Positions 1 to 8,162 of a DNA stretch of 17,621 nt are shown here, piece after piece. The first letter of the stretch is position 1. Each line of letters begins with the position of its first letter. The notes beneath the pieces were generated by a model. It worked only from the letters and a program-made list of their open reading frames with translations. It made no database searches and was not told where the DNA came from. Source of the stretch: Arcobacter sp. (GTDB taxonomy: Bacteria > Campylobacterota > Campylobacteria > Campylobacterales > Arcobacteraceae); the NCBI GenBank assembly GCA_965662175.1, contig CBFIGT010000041.1, forward strand, positions 1-17,621. The letters are read 5' to 3'. Made by a program: the position numbers and the translations under genes.

Positions 1-859
1 TAAATAAAAATATATAAAATACCCCAATAATAGAAAACCACAAGGATAAGGAAAAAATATATTTTGGGAAAAGTACGAGTATAAAGAGCAAAGTAAAAAA
101 CAGTGATTCAAATGATATGACTTTTATATTTGACCTAAGTAAAAATAGAGCAAAACACATCATAATAAAAGCCCGTAAAAGTGATGGAACTAAATTTGTA
201 AAAAGTAAATATATAAATAAAAAACAAAAAGTTATCAGTAAAATATCAAATTTTTTATTTCTAAAAGGGAAATATCTATTATGAAAAAAATTATATGGAT
301 AATAAAAAATTGTATATAAAATAAAAGATAAAACAGCTAAATGAAATCCTGATATAGCAATAAGGTGACTTATGGAGTATATGGCAAAAATATCCCTAAG
401 CTTAGTATTTGTAGGAATTGCTAAAAAGATTGCTTCAAAGATTTGGCTTATCTCTTTGTTTGTATGTTGAAAAGAGATTTTATTTGCAAACTGCTCTTTT
501 ATAGAACTTTTGTCAAGCAAAAAGATATTAAAAGTTTTTGCATAAAAGTTTTTCAAAAAATCTATAAAATTAATATCACTTGTAATAATTGAAAGCTCAA
601 CATACTCTAGTTTTTTAAGGTTTAAGCTTTTATCTACTGAAGTAAAAAATAAAAAATCATCTGTTTGAAACTTGTAAATATTATAATCATTTTTTGTATA
701 TTTATTTATGATTTGTGCTTTTGTTGTATAGAGTAAACTATTTTTAAAATCACTATAATCTTTATAAATATAGAGTAAATTTAAAACTAAAATAACTATT
801 AAAAAAATAAAAAAGTGAATATACTCTTTTTTATTTTTAAGTAATGGTAAATAATTCAT
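1..859 (-). CDS. comEC: ComEC/Rec2-family competence protein, 3' end runs off the window
   Basis: Not in the ORF track. Manual translation from ATG at 859 gives MNYLPLLKNKKEYIHFFIFLIVILVLNLLYIY.... The in-frame motif SISHLIAISGFHLAVL (second His codon at 343-341) is the ComEC competence-domain signature and is followed by hydrophobic segments. Confidence 0.88.
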   Translation of the reverse strand, partial: MNYLPLLKNKKEYIHFFIFLIVILVLNLLYIYKDYSDFKNSLLYTTKAQIINKYTKNDYNIYKFQTDDFLFFTSVDKSLNLKKLEYVELSIITSDINFIDFLKNFYAKTFNIFLLDKSSIKEQFANKISFQHTNKEISQIFEAIFLAIPTNTKLRDIFAIYSISHLIAISGFHLAVLSFILYTIFYYPYNFFHNRYFPFRNKKFDILLITFCFLFIYLLFTNLVPSLLRAFIMMCFALFLLRSNIKVISFESLFFTLLFILVLFPKYIFSLSLWFSIIGVFYIFLF

Positions 860-889
860 TATACATGATACAGAATAATATTTTAAATT

Positions 890-898
890 ATTATAACA
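890..898 (-). promoter_or_regulatory. Extended -10 element (TGTTATAAT) for comEC
   Basis: Reverse complement of 890-898 is TGnTATAAT, about 30 nt upstream of the comEC ATG. Confidence 0.5.
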
Positions 899-912
899 AA
901 AAGCCTAAAACC

Positions 913-918
913 TATAAT
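913..918 (+). promoter_or_regulatory. Putative -10 hexamer (TATAAT) for plsC
   Basis: Perfect TATAAT about 43 nt upstream of the TTG start at 961. The AT-rich background weakens the inference. Confidence 0.35.
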
Positions 919-960
919 CAATTGGATACAATGTCAAATTATCTTAAAAATAGGGAAACT

Positions 961-1641
961 TTGAACTTAAAACAAATAAGCATTGCCATATATGCAACAT
1001 ACTTAACTAATAAATATGGATTAAAACTAAAAGCAGCAAAAAGCTCTCAAGAGAGAATTGATTTAAGAGTAGAATACTCAAAAATACTACTTTCAAAACT
1101 TAATATAAATATTGAAATAATAAATGAAAATCTATTACCAAAAGAGGGACAATATCTTTTAATTTCAAATCATAGAAGTATTATTGACCCACTTATAATA
1201 GAACTAGCCTTAGAAAAATCAAATATAAATGGTTTTTGGGTTTCAAAAAAAGAGTTGTATAACTCTTTTTTCTTTGGTACATTTACAAGAAATGCGGGTT
1301 CTATTTTACTTGATAGAGAGTCTTCAAATATGTCATCATTTTTTAAAAGCACTAAAGAGGTGGTAAAAGAAGGACACTCAATTTATATCTTTCCTGAGGG
1401 AACTAGAAATAAAGATGAAACTCCACTAAATAGCTTTAAAGAGGGTTCTAGGCTAATTGCCTTGAAAAATAAACTCCCAATTTTACCTGTTTATATAAGA
1501 ACAAATGCAAATAAAACACTAAAAGAGGCTATTAATAAAAGAACAAAAAATTTAACAATAAAAATTGAAATTGGAAATATTATTGATTATAGAGATAAAA
1601 CTCCCCTTGAAGAGAGTTTTATAGAAGAGTTTAAACTTTAA
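961..1641 (+). CDS. plsC: 1-acyl-sn-glycerol-3-phosphate acyltransferase (PlsC family)
   Basis: NHRSIID (HX4D) and FPEGTR motifs. Start moved from 844 to the in-frame TTG at 961, which follows AGGGA and avoids overlap with comEC. Confidence 0.88.
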   Translation: MNLKQISIAIYATYLTNKYGLKLKAAKSSQERIDLRVEYSKILLSKLNINIEIINENLLPKEGQYLLISNHRSIIDPLIIELALEKSNINGFWVSKKELYNSFFFGTFTRNAGSILLDRESSNMSSFFKSTKEVVKEGHSIYIFPEGTRNKDETPLNSFKEGSRLIALKNKLPILPVYIRTNANKTLKEAINKRTKNLTIKIEIGNIIDYRDKTPLEESFIEEFKL

Positions 1642-1658
1642 AATTAAACTCTTTTTTT
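1625..1658 (+). terminator. Intrinsic terminator between convergent plsC and ovoA
   Basis: AAGAGTTTAA (1625-1634) pairs with TTAAACTCTT (1644-1653), followed by a T-run. Confidence 0.5.
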
Positions 1659-3746
1659 CTTCCAAATACTCATTTGTGAGATAGTATATTGGTGTTTTCT
1701 TTTTGTCTCTTTGATTACAAAAGGAACATCAATAGTATCAAGTAATTCAAAATCACCCTTTTCACATAGATTTTCTTTTAAGGTATCTAAGGTTTTAATC
1801 TCTTTTCCATCTTTTACAAATCCACCTAACCAGTTTTTCTTAGGAGTGTAATCTTCAAGCCAAGTATAAGGTGAAAGTAAAACTAAAAGACCATCATCAT
1901 TTACTCTATTAGGAATATCATCTAAGAATTTTTGAGGATAATATAACCTATCAATTAAATTTGAACAAAAAATCAAATCATATCCTGTATAAATATCTTT
2001 TAAATTACAAGCATCACCTTGCATAAATGTTACTCTCTCTTTTATTTCCTCTAATCCAAAATCTTTTAAAGATACAGATTTTTCATCAAAAAGCTCACCC
2101 TCTTTTGCTATTTTGTAAGTTAAAGTATCATACTTTTTAAGCTTAATTCCAACATTAATAAAGTTAGCTGAAAAATCAATTCCTAAAACTTCATCAAAAA
2201 TAGTAGCTAACTCAAATGAACTTCTTCCAACACTACAACCTAAATCCATAGCCTTATCTTTTTTGATATCTTTTAGATATGGTCTTAAAACATCAACTGA
2301 GCTTTTTGGAAAGTTTTTAACACAAAAATTCTCTTCTCCATAATGAAACTCACAATATTGGGAAATCTGTTCATCTGTTTCATAAACATTATCATTTAAT
2401 TTTGTTCTATACTCATTATCACTTTTTACATATCTAAAACCTGCATGTTGGAAAAAGTGTTTTCTAAATGCATATCTTGCACTTCTTAGAGTTTCATTTC
2501 CTAAACTTATAAAAGAGCCACCCTTTATCAAAGCATGTCTATCATCAAAAGTTGGTGTTGTAAAATCATCATAAGCAGGATGAGTTTCAAAGCCATCAAA
2601 AGGATAAGTTGGAGTTATACTCCATTGCCAAACATTACCAATAACATCATAAAAATCGCCCATAGGAAATTTATCCACAGGAGTTTGATTAAAATATTTT
2701 AAACCAATATTTGATTCAAACTCTTGAGCATTTACATAATCATTTAATCTATAAAACTCATCTTCACTTGGAAGTCTAACTTCAAAACCTAACTTTTCAC
2801 TTTTGTATTTACAAAAAGCTTCTGCTTCATAAACATTAATATCTACTGGATAATTCAAAGGTAAAGCTATCTCTCTATTTATCTCTCTTAAAAAATACTC
2901 GCCATCTTTTTTTAACCAAAAAGTTGGCATTGTAGCTTGTGTAAAATCAAGCCACTTAAGTCCATCTTTTGAAAAATAGTGAAGTTTTTTATATCCCCCA
3001 TCATTTACAAACTCCAAAAACTCTCCATTTGATACCAAATATTTACTTGCACTAAAATCTTTTATATTAGCTTTGTGAAAAGAGAACTCATTATCCCAAC
3101 CATAATAAATAGGATTTTTAAAATCTTTTTCACAAATAACCTCTCCACCTTTTACAGTAATTAATTCATTTTTTGGATAGTTTTTACTACCTTCGTTATT
3201 GTATGGGAAAAGCTCAGTATTATTAAAGTGCTCAATATCTAACTCTCTTAATAAAACAGATGAAGTCTCAATATGGATATTTTCATGCTCAATTCCCATC
3301 ATAATTATCCACATAGGACTATCCCAATTTATAGGTAAAGTAAACTCAATAGAGTCAATCAACTCTAAAACTAATTTTTTAACTTCATCTCTATAAGCTT
3401 TAGTCTCTTCATAAGTTGGCCAAGAATAATGTTCACTATTTAAATCATCCCAACTCATTTCATCAACACCAATAGCAAAAATAGATTCAAAACTTTTATT
3501 TACTCTTTTATGTGTAATATTCGAAATATTAAGTTTATTCATAAAAAATGTAGCAGTATGACCATAATAAAAAATCAAAGGATGTCTTAGTTTATTTGGT
3601 TGTTCATAGAGTGATTTTTTATCTTTTAATAAATCAAAAAGTTTTTCATCTAATTCATAAGTTCTTAAAAAATAGTCTCGTATCTCTGCTCTTTTATCTT
3701 CGATAGTTCCGTCGTTTAAATTTATAGTTTGCCAATTATATTGCAT
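1644..3746 (-). CDS. ovoA: 5-histidylcysteine sulfoxide synthase / mercaptohistidine N-methyltransferase (ovothiol biosynthesis)
   Basis: N-terminal RHPLIFYYGHT, iron-binding HxxxHxE (HENIHIE), FGE-like domain (YGWDNE, RLPSEDE, GNVWQW, HPAYDDF, AFRKHFFQHAGFR) and C-terminal SAM methyltransferase (DLGCSVGR, GIDFS, QGDACNL, NLIDRL). 700 aa, GAGG RBS. Confidence 0.93.
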   Translation of the reverse strand: MQYNWQTINLNDGTIEDKRAEIRDYFLRTYELDEKLFDLLKDKKSLYEQPNKLRHPLIFYYGHTATFFMNKLNISNITHKRVNKSFESIFAIGVDEMSWDDLNSEHYSWPTYEETKAYRDEVKKLVLELIDSIEFTLPINWDSPMWIIMMGIEHENIHIETSSVLLRELDIEHFNNTELFPYNNEGSKNYPKNELITVKGGEVICEKDFKNPIYYGWDNEFSFHKANIKDFSASKYLVSNGEFLEFVNDGGYKKLHYFSKDGLKWLDFTQATMPTFWLKKDGEYFLREINREIALPLNYPVDINVYEAEAFCKYKSEKLGFEVRLPSEDEFYRLNDYVNAQEFESNIGLKYFNQTPVDKFPMGDFYDVIGNVWQWSITPTYPFDGFETHPAYDDFTTPTFDDRHALIKGGSFISLGNETLRSARYAFRKHFFQHAGFRYVKSDNEYRTKLNDNVYETDEQISQYCEFHYGEENFCVKNFPKSSVDVLRPYLKDIKKDKAMDLGCSVGRSSFELATIFDEVLGIDFSANFINVGIKLKKYDTLTYKIAKEGELFDEKSVSLKDFGLEEIKERVTFMQGDACNLKDIYTGYDLIFCSNLIDRLYYPQKFLDDIPNRVNDDGLLVLLSPYTWLEDYTPKKNWLGGFVKDGKEIKTLDTLKENLCEKGDFELLDTIDVPFVIKETKRKHQYTISQMSIWKKKRV

Positions 3747-3824
3747 ATTTACCTCAAGTTTTTAATTCTTGTTATTTTATTTGTTTTTTTATCATCTTTG
3801 TATCTATTAAAAGTTAGTTTATAT

Positions 3825-4304
3825 TTATATTAGTTTTTCTTTTGATAAAATAATTCCATCTGTATCTGCATAAATAATATTTCCCTCATGAAAATTAACT
3901 CCACAAAAAGATAAAGGAATTCCACTTTGTCCTTGTGTTACAGGTATATATTTTCTAGGACAAGTTCCCCTTGCAAATAGTGCAACAGGAATATCTTTTA
4001 TTTGAAAAGTATCTCTTATATATCCATTTACAATAATTCCCTCATAATTGTTTTTATGAGCAAACTTCATTAAGTTTTCGCCTACAACTGCGAAATACTC
4101 ATTTTCAACATCAACAATAACAACCTTACCTGTACCATCTTCATCTCTTAGAACTTTTATTAGTTCACTATTATTTCTATCAAGTTTAACTGTAACAACT
4201 GTTCCAGTAATCTTCTCTTTTCCACCATAATTTTTAAATTCATCATCTAAAACATAAGTTTTATCTGGGTGTTGGTCACAAATATCTGCTGTAAAAAAAT
4301 CCAT
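3825..4304 (-). CDS. rraA: RraA-family protein (HMG aldolase-like)
   Basis: TADICD start, YGGK, VIVD, VGENL, GIIVNGYIRD and YADTDGI match the RraA/MenG-like pattern. 159 aa. Confidence 0.85.
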   Translation of the reverse strand: MDFFTADICDQHPDKTYVLDDEFKNYGGKEKITGTVVTVKLDRNNSELIKVLRDEDGTGKVVIVDVENEYFAVVGENLMKFAHKNNYEGIIVNGYIRDTFQIKDIPVALFARGTCPRKYIPVTQGQSGIPLSFCGVNFHEGNIIYADTDGIILSKEKLI

Positions 4305-4380
4305 TAAGTCTATCCTTTTGAAATAAATACCCTATTATTCCAAAAGATATTTAAACTTTATTTAAATAAAAAATATTTTC

Positions 4381-5076
4381 TTAATTAAAGAACTCTTTTA
4401 TGCTTGAACTTAACTCTTTAGTCTTTTCAAAAGGTACAAAATGTGAATTTGAGTTTAGCTCTTTAAAAGAAAAGTTTTTAGCTTTCTCTTTAAAATCATT
4501 CATCCACTTTGTACTTACAAGTCTATCTCCCTTTGAATATAAGAAAAATCCTTTTGTATTGTTTTTTATTAATTTATCTCCAAGCTCTATTCTAAGTAGT
4601 GTAATACCTAAATGGGTTTTAAAAGTTTCAAATCCAGCTTTTTTGTACATATCTTGTATTAAAGAAATCAACTCCTCGTTTTCATAGTTTTCTTCATCTA
4701 TTAATGTATGGATTTTTTTTCTACTAAGTTTTGTAAATCCAAAATCAACAGTTTGTTTTATAACTTGTTTTCTTTTTTCAATCTCATCTTCACTCATAGA
4801 AGCAGCGGTACAACCAACAGCCATAACTTTATTTATAAGTTCAGGATATTTAGAGCTTAAATACATAGCCACATAACCACCTAAAGAAAATCCTAAAAGA
4901 TTGATTTTTTCATCTTTTATACTATTTTTTAAAATATCAACAATCTCTTCAAAACTACTCTTTACAGGAATATCCATATGAATAAGTTCATACTCATTTC
5001 CTAAATTTTCTTTTAATTTATCCCATAATCTAATATCTGTCATAAAGCCTGGAAGTGCGTATATTTTTTTTACCAT
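4381..5076 (-). CDS. Alpha/beta-fold hydrolase
   Basis: LPGF oxyanion loop, GFSLGG nucleophile elbow, candidate Asp (GDRL) and His (SHFVP). Confidence 0.85.
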   Translation of the reverse strand: MVKKIYALPGFMTDIRLWDKLKENLGNEYELIHMDIPVKSSFEEIVDILKNSIKDEKINLLGFSLGGYVAMYLSSKYPELINKVMAVGCTAASMSEDEIEKRKQVIKQTVDFGFTKLSRKKIHTLIDEENYENEELISLIQDMYKKAGFETFKTHLGITLLRIELGDKLIKNNTKGFFLYSKGDRLVSTKWMNDFKEKAKNFSFKELNSNSHFVPFEKTKELSSSIKEFFN

Positions 5077-5176
5077 ATTTAACCTAATCTTTTTTTACTA
5101 ATATTATATCTAATCTTAGTTTTACATACTTTTAGATATCCTTATGCCCTTTAAAAATGAACAAATAGGCAATTAT

Positions 5177-5584
5177 ATGAAAGTAGTAACAGGCGTTGTA
5201 GGAAATGACATACACGTTGTAGCAAATAGACTTATTGACCTCTCTTTACAAGCTAGAGGATTTGAAGTATTTAATTTAGGTGTTAATACTTATTTAGAAG
5301 AGTTCTTTGATGCTGTAGTTGAAACAAATGCTGATGTACTTTTGATTTCATCATTAAATGGTGAAGCTGAGGGTTGGTGTAGAGAAGTTAAAATCTTAAA
5401 ATCAAAATATAAAAATTTAGATAATGTAGTATTTATGATTGGTGGTAACTTAGTAGTAGGAACAGGTGACGCTTCAACTATTGTACCTAGATTTAAAAAT
5501 TATGGTTTTGATTTAGTATTCCATCAAGTTGATTTAAATACAGGACTTGATGCATTAGAAAAATATTTAAAAGAGAGAGAATAA
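5177..5584 (+). CDS. mamA: Glutamate (methylaspartate) mutase S subunit, cobalamin-binding
   Basis: VVTGVVGNDIHVVAN (variant of DxHxxG), GFEVFNLG, ISSLNG and IGGNL match GlmS/MutS. Start set to ATG 5177 (AGG upstream) instead of 5144. Confidence 0.88.
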   Translation: MKVVTGVVGNDIHVVANRLIDLSLQARGFEVFNLGVNTYLEEFFDAVVETNADVLLISSLNGEAEGWCREVKILKSKYKNLDNVVFMIGGNLVVGTGDASTIVPRFKNYGFDLVFHQVDLNTGLDALEKYLKERE

Positions 5585-6951
5585 TGAGTTTACTACAAGA
5601 AGAGAGAGAAATAATCTTAAGTAACGAATATGTAGAGCATTTTGATTTTGCAGAAGTTGAAGAGTTTGTAAAAAATGCTTCAAAAGACCTTTTTATCTCT
5701 TATAATTTTAGAACAAAAAATAAAATGTTAGTTCAACCACGTGGTGGTTTTCCAACATATAATAAAATGTTTGCACTTTATGAGTTTTTTAATGATGCTG
5801 ATGTTGATGTTTTACCTTGTACTATTGATTCAAATACAAGATTAAATGATTATGCAACTGCTAAAAAAATGCTAAGATTAAGTGAAGAGAGTGAAGTTGA
5901 TATGTTAAATGGTTATCCATTGGTTAATCATGGATATAGAACATCAAGAAAAATGATGACACATTTTAATAAACCAATCTCTTTAAGACATGGAACTCCT
6001 GATGCTAGACTTTTAATAGAAACAGCAATAGCTTCAGGTATTTTTGAAATAGAGGGTGGTCCTATTACTTACCTTTTACCATACTCTAAAAATTTCCCAC
6101 TTGATAAAGCCTTTTTATATTGGAAATATGTGGAAAGAGTTTGTGCTAAATACTCTGTTTTAAATGAACCAATCAACAGAGAATCTTTTGGACCATTAAC
6201 AGCAACACTTGTACCTCCTTGTATAACAATTGTTATTCAAATACTTGAAATGCTTTTATCACTTGAAGAGGGAGTTAAATCATTCTCTGTCTCTTTTTCA
6301 CAAAGTGGAAGTATGAATCAAGATATTGTAACAGGTGCTGTTATTAGAAAATTAGCTAAATTTTATGCAAATGAAATAAGTGTTGATGATGCTGAAATTC
6401 ACTTGGTTTATCACCAATGGATGGGTGCATTCCCAATGAATCAAAACTTTGCATCTCAACTTATCTCAATGTCAACAACAATTGCTGCTATGGTTGGTGC
6501 TGATAAAATTATTACTAAAACAAAACAAGAGGCTTCAGGTATTCCTACAAAAGAAGCAAATGCAGAAACAGTTGCAAATACACAATATCTTCTTAGAATC
6601 TTAAATGGTCTTCCAAATGTAGTAGATAAAGAGGAAGAAGAGAATTTAACTCTTGAGGTTATGGCTATTATGGAAGCTGTATTTAATGATAGCGCTGATA
6701 CTTTATGGAGAAAAGTGTTTAATAGTATTAAAAATGGAATCATAGATGTTCCATTTTCACCACATATTATTAACAACAATGAGATGATTACAATAAGAGA
6801 TAAAAATAAAAATATTAGAATCATAAAAAGAGGAAAAGTTCCAATTCCTGATCGTTGTTTTGAGTATGAAAAATCTAAATGTGATTTAAAAAAAGATACA
6901 ACTTCAATAGTAAATGATATCATTCATGATATCGGAATTATGCAGTGGTAA
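5584..6951 (+). CDS. glmE: Glutamate (methylaspartate) mutase E subunit
   Basis: QPRGG, LPCTIDSNTR, LNGYPLVNHG, RHGTPDARLL, EGGPITYLLPY, NRESFGPLTATLVPP, HQWMG and KIITKT are colinear with clostridial GlmE. TAATG stop/start overlap with the S gene. Confidence 0.92.
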   Translation: MSLLQEEREIILSNEYVEHFDFAEVEEFVKNASKDLFISYNFRTKNKMLVQPRGGFPTYNKMFALYEFFNDADVDVLPCTIDSNTRLNDYATAKKMLRLSEESEVDMLNGYPLVNHGYRTSRKMMTHFNKPISLRHGTPDARLLIETAIASGIFEIEGGPITYLLPYSKNFPLDKAFLYWKYVERVCAKYSVLNEPINRESFGPLTATLVPPCITIVIQILEMLLSLEEGVKSFSVSFSQSGSMNQDIVTGAVIRKLAKFYANEISVDDAEIHLVYHQWMGAFPMNQNFASQLISMSTTIAAMVGADKIITKTKQEASGIPTKEANAETVANTQYLLRILNGLPNVVDKEEEENLTLEVMAIMEAVFNDSADTLWRKVFNSIKNGIIDVPFSPHIINNNEMITIRDKNKNIRIIKRGKVPIPDRCFEYEKSKCDLKKDTTSIVNDIIHDIGIMQW

Positions 6952-6960
6952 GGGTTTAAA

Positions 6961-8151
6961 ATGAGTAAAATAAATGATAAATTACTAATAGATATTGGAA
7001 GTACCTATTTTAAAGTTAGTTCAACAAATGGTGTTGAGCAACACTTTAGAGACTTCAATAAAGATATTTTTGATGACTTAACTTATAAATGTGGAGAGAT
7101 AATTCATAACTACCACAAAGATGATGTTTATATTTGTTCATCAGCAAATGGTGGATTAAGTACTTTAATTATTGGAGTTACAAACTCATTTTCACTAAAA
7201 TATGCTACAAATATCGCTTTTAATTCAGGTATTAATATTATTGATACTGTTTTATATCAAGATATTGAAAAAGCATCAGTTCCTAGTGATTTAATTGATG
7301 TTGTAATTATTGTTGGTGGAATTAACTCTAACTCTAATATTTTTGGAAGTGATTTATTTAACTATTTAAAAAAAGTTAAATACTCAAATATTGTTTATGT
7401 TGGAAGCGAACTTGATGCTCCTACTTTAGTACAAAATATTGAAAACTTAGTTGTTTTACCAAATATTATTGATGATAAACTTCATATTGTTGAAGAGAAC
7501 TTAAAAGAGTATTTAACAAACCTTTATCAAGCTGATATTATGGGTAAAGAGGACATCAAACACCTATATGATATTACCTCTAATCAGATTTATTCAACTC
7601 CATATATTGTAAATAAAACACTACCATTGATTTATAGTAAATTTGCAGTTGTTGATCCATATATTTTGATTGATATTGGAGGGGCTACTACTGATATTCA
7701 TTACTCTAAAGATTTAGTTGATGATAATTTAGTTACTACAAATGAGTATGATAGATTGGTTTTCAAAAAACTTGGGGTTTTTAAATCAAAAGAGTCTTTG
7801 ATTTTTGCAGCTAAAAACAATGAGTTTGTTTATGAATTATTATCTCATCTAAAAGTAACAGAGCGTATTTTTGAAGAGTCATCTGAAAAGGCATTAAAAG
7901 TATTAATGCAACTTGCGATATTCTTAGTTTTATGTAAAGTATCCCATTATAGAAAAGCTTATGTTAACCTAAAGCTTTTATCACTTAACTCAATGGTTTT
8001 AACAGGTGGAATAACAAAAGTTTTAAGCCAAGAAGAGATTGAAAATATAGTAAGTTTTTTCTATAAAAAGATTTTAAATTCAAATCATAATCCAACTGTT
8101 GTTATGGATAATAACTACGATATTTGGACTCTTGGTTTAACACAAAAGTAA
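6961..8151 (+). CDS. glmL: GlmL/MutL-type glutamate mutase accessory ATPase (reactivase)
   Basis: Two actin-like ATPase motifs (IDIGSTYFK, IDIGGATTDIH) and CSSANGGL. Adjacent to the mutase genes. Confidence 0.85.
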   Translation: MSKINDKLLIDIGSTYFKVSSTNGVEQHFRDFNKDIFDDLTYKCGEIIHNYHKDDVYICSSANGGLSTLIIGVTNSFSLKYATNIAFNSGINIIDTVLYQDIEKASVPSDLIDVVIIVGGINSNSNIFGSDLFNYLKKVKYSNIVYVGSELDAPTLVQNIENLVVLPNIIDDKLHIVEENLKEYLTNLYQADIMGKEDIKHLYDITSNQIYSTPYIVNKTLPLIYSKFAVVDPYILIDIGGATTDIHYSKDLVDDNLVTTNEYDRLVFKKLGVFKSKESLIFAAKNNEFVYELLSHLKVTERIFEESSEKALKVLMQLAIFLVLCKVSHYRKAYVNLKLLSLNSMVLTGGITKVLSQEEIENIVSFFYKKILNSNHNPTVVMDNNYDIWTLGLTQK

Positions 8152-8162
8152 AAGGATAAAAA

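Noticed and set aside
1170..1352. 60-aa minus-strand ORF
   Set aside because: Antisense shadow inside plsC with no recognisable motif.
3199..3396. 65-aa plus-strand ORF
   Set aside because: Antisense to ovoA; Ser/Ile-rich composition typical of shadow frames.
4400..4687. 95-aa plus-strand ORF
   Set aside because: Antisense to the alpha/beta hydrolase.
5077..5176. Possible cobalamin riboswitch upstream of the mutase operon
   Set aside because: Only 100 bp, very AT-rich, shared with a divergent promoter, and no B12-box or GGGAA core visible.
6456..6923. 155-aa hydrophobic minus-strand ORF
   Set aside because: Antisense to conserved glmE; its hydrophobicity follows from the A-rich sense codons.
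6961..8151. Reading 'MutL' as DNA mismatch repair, or the S subunit as glucosamine synthase GlmS
   Set aside because: Name collisions only; the motifs are those of glutamate mutase components.
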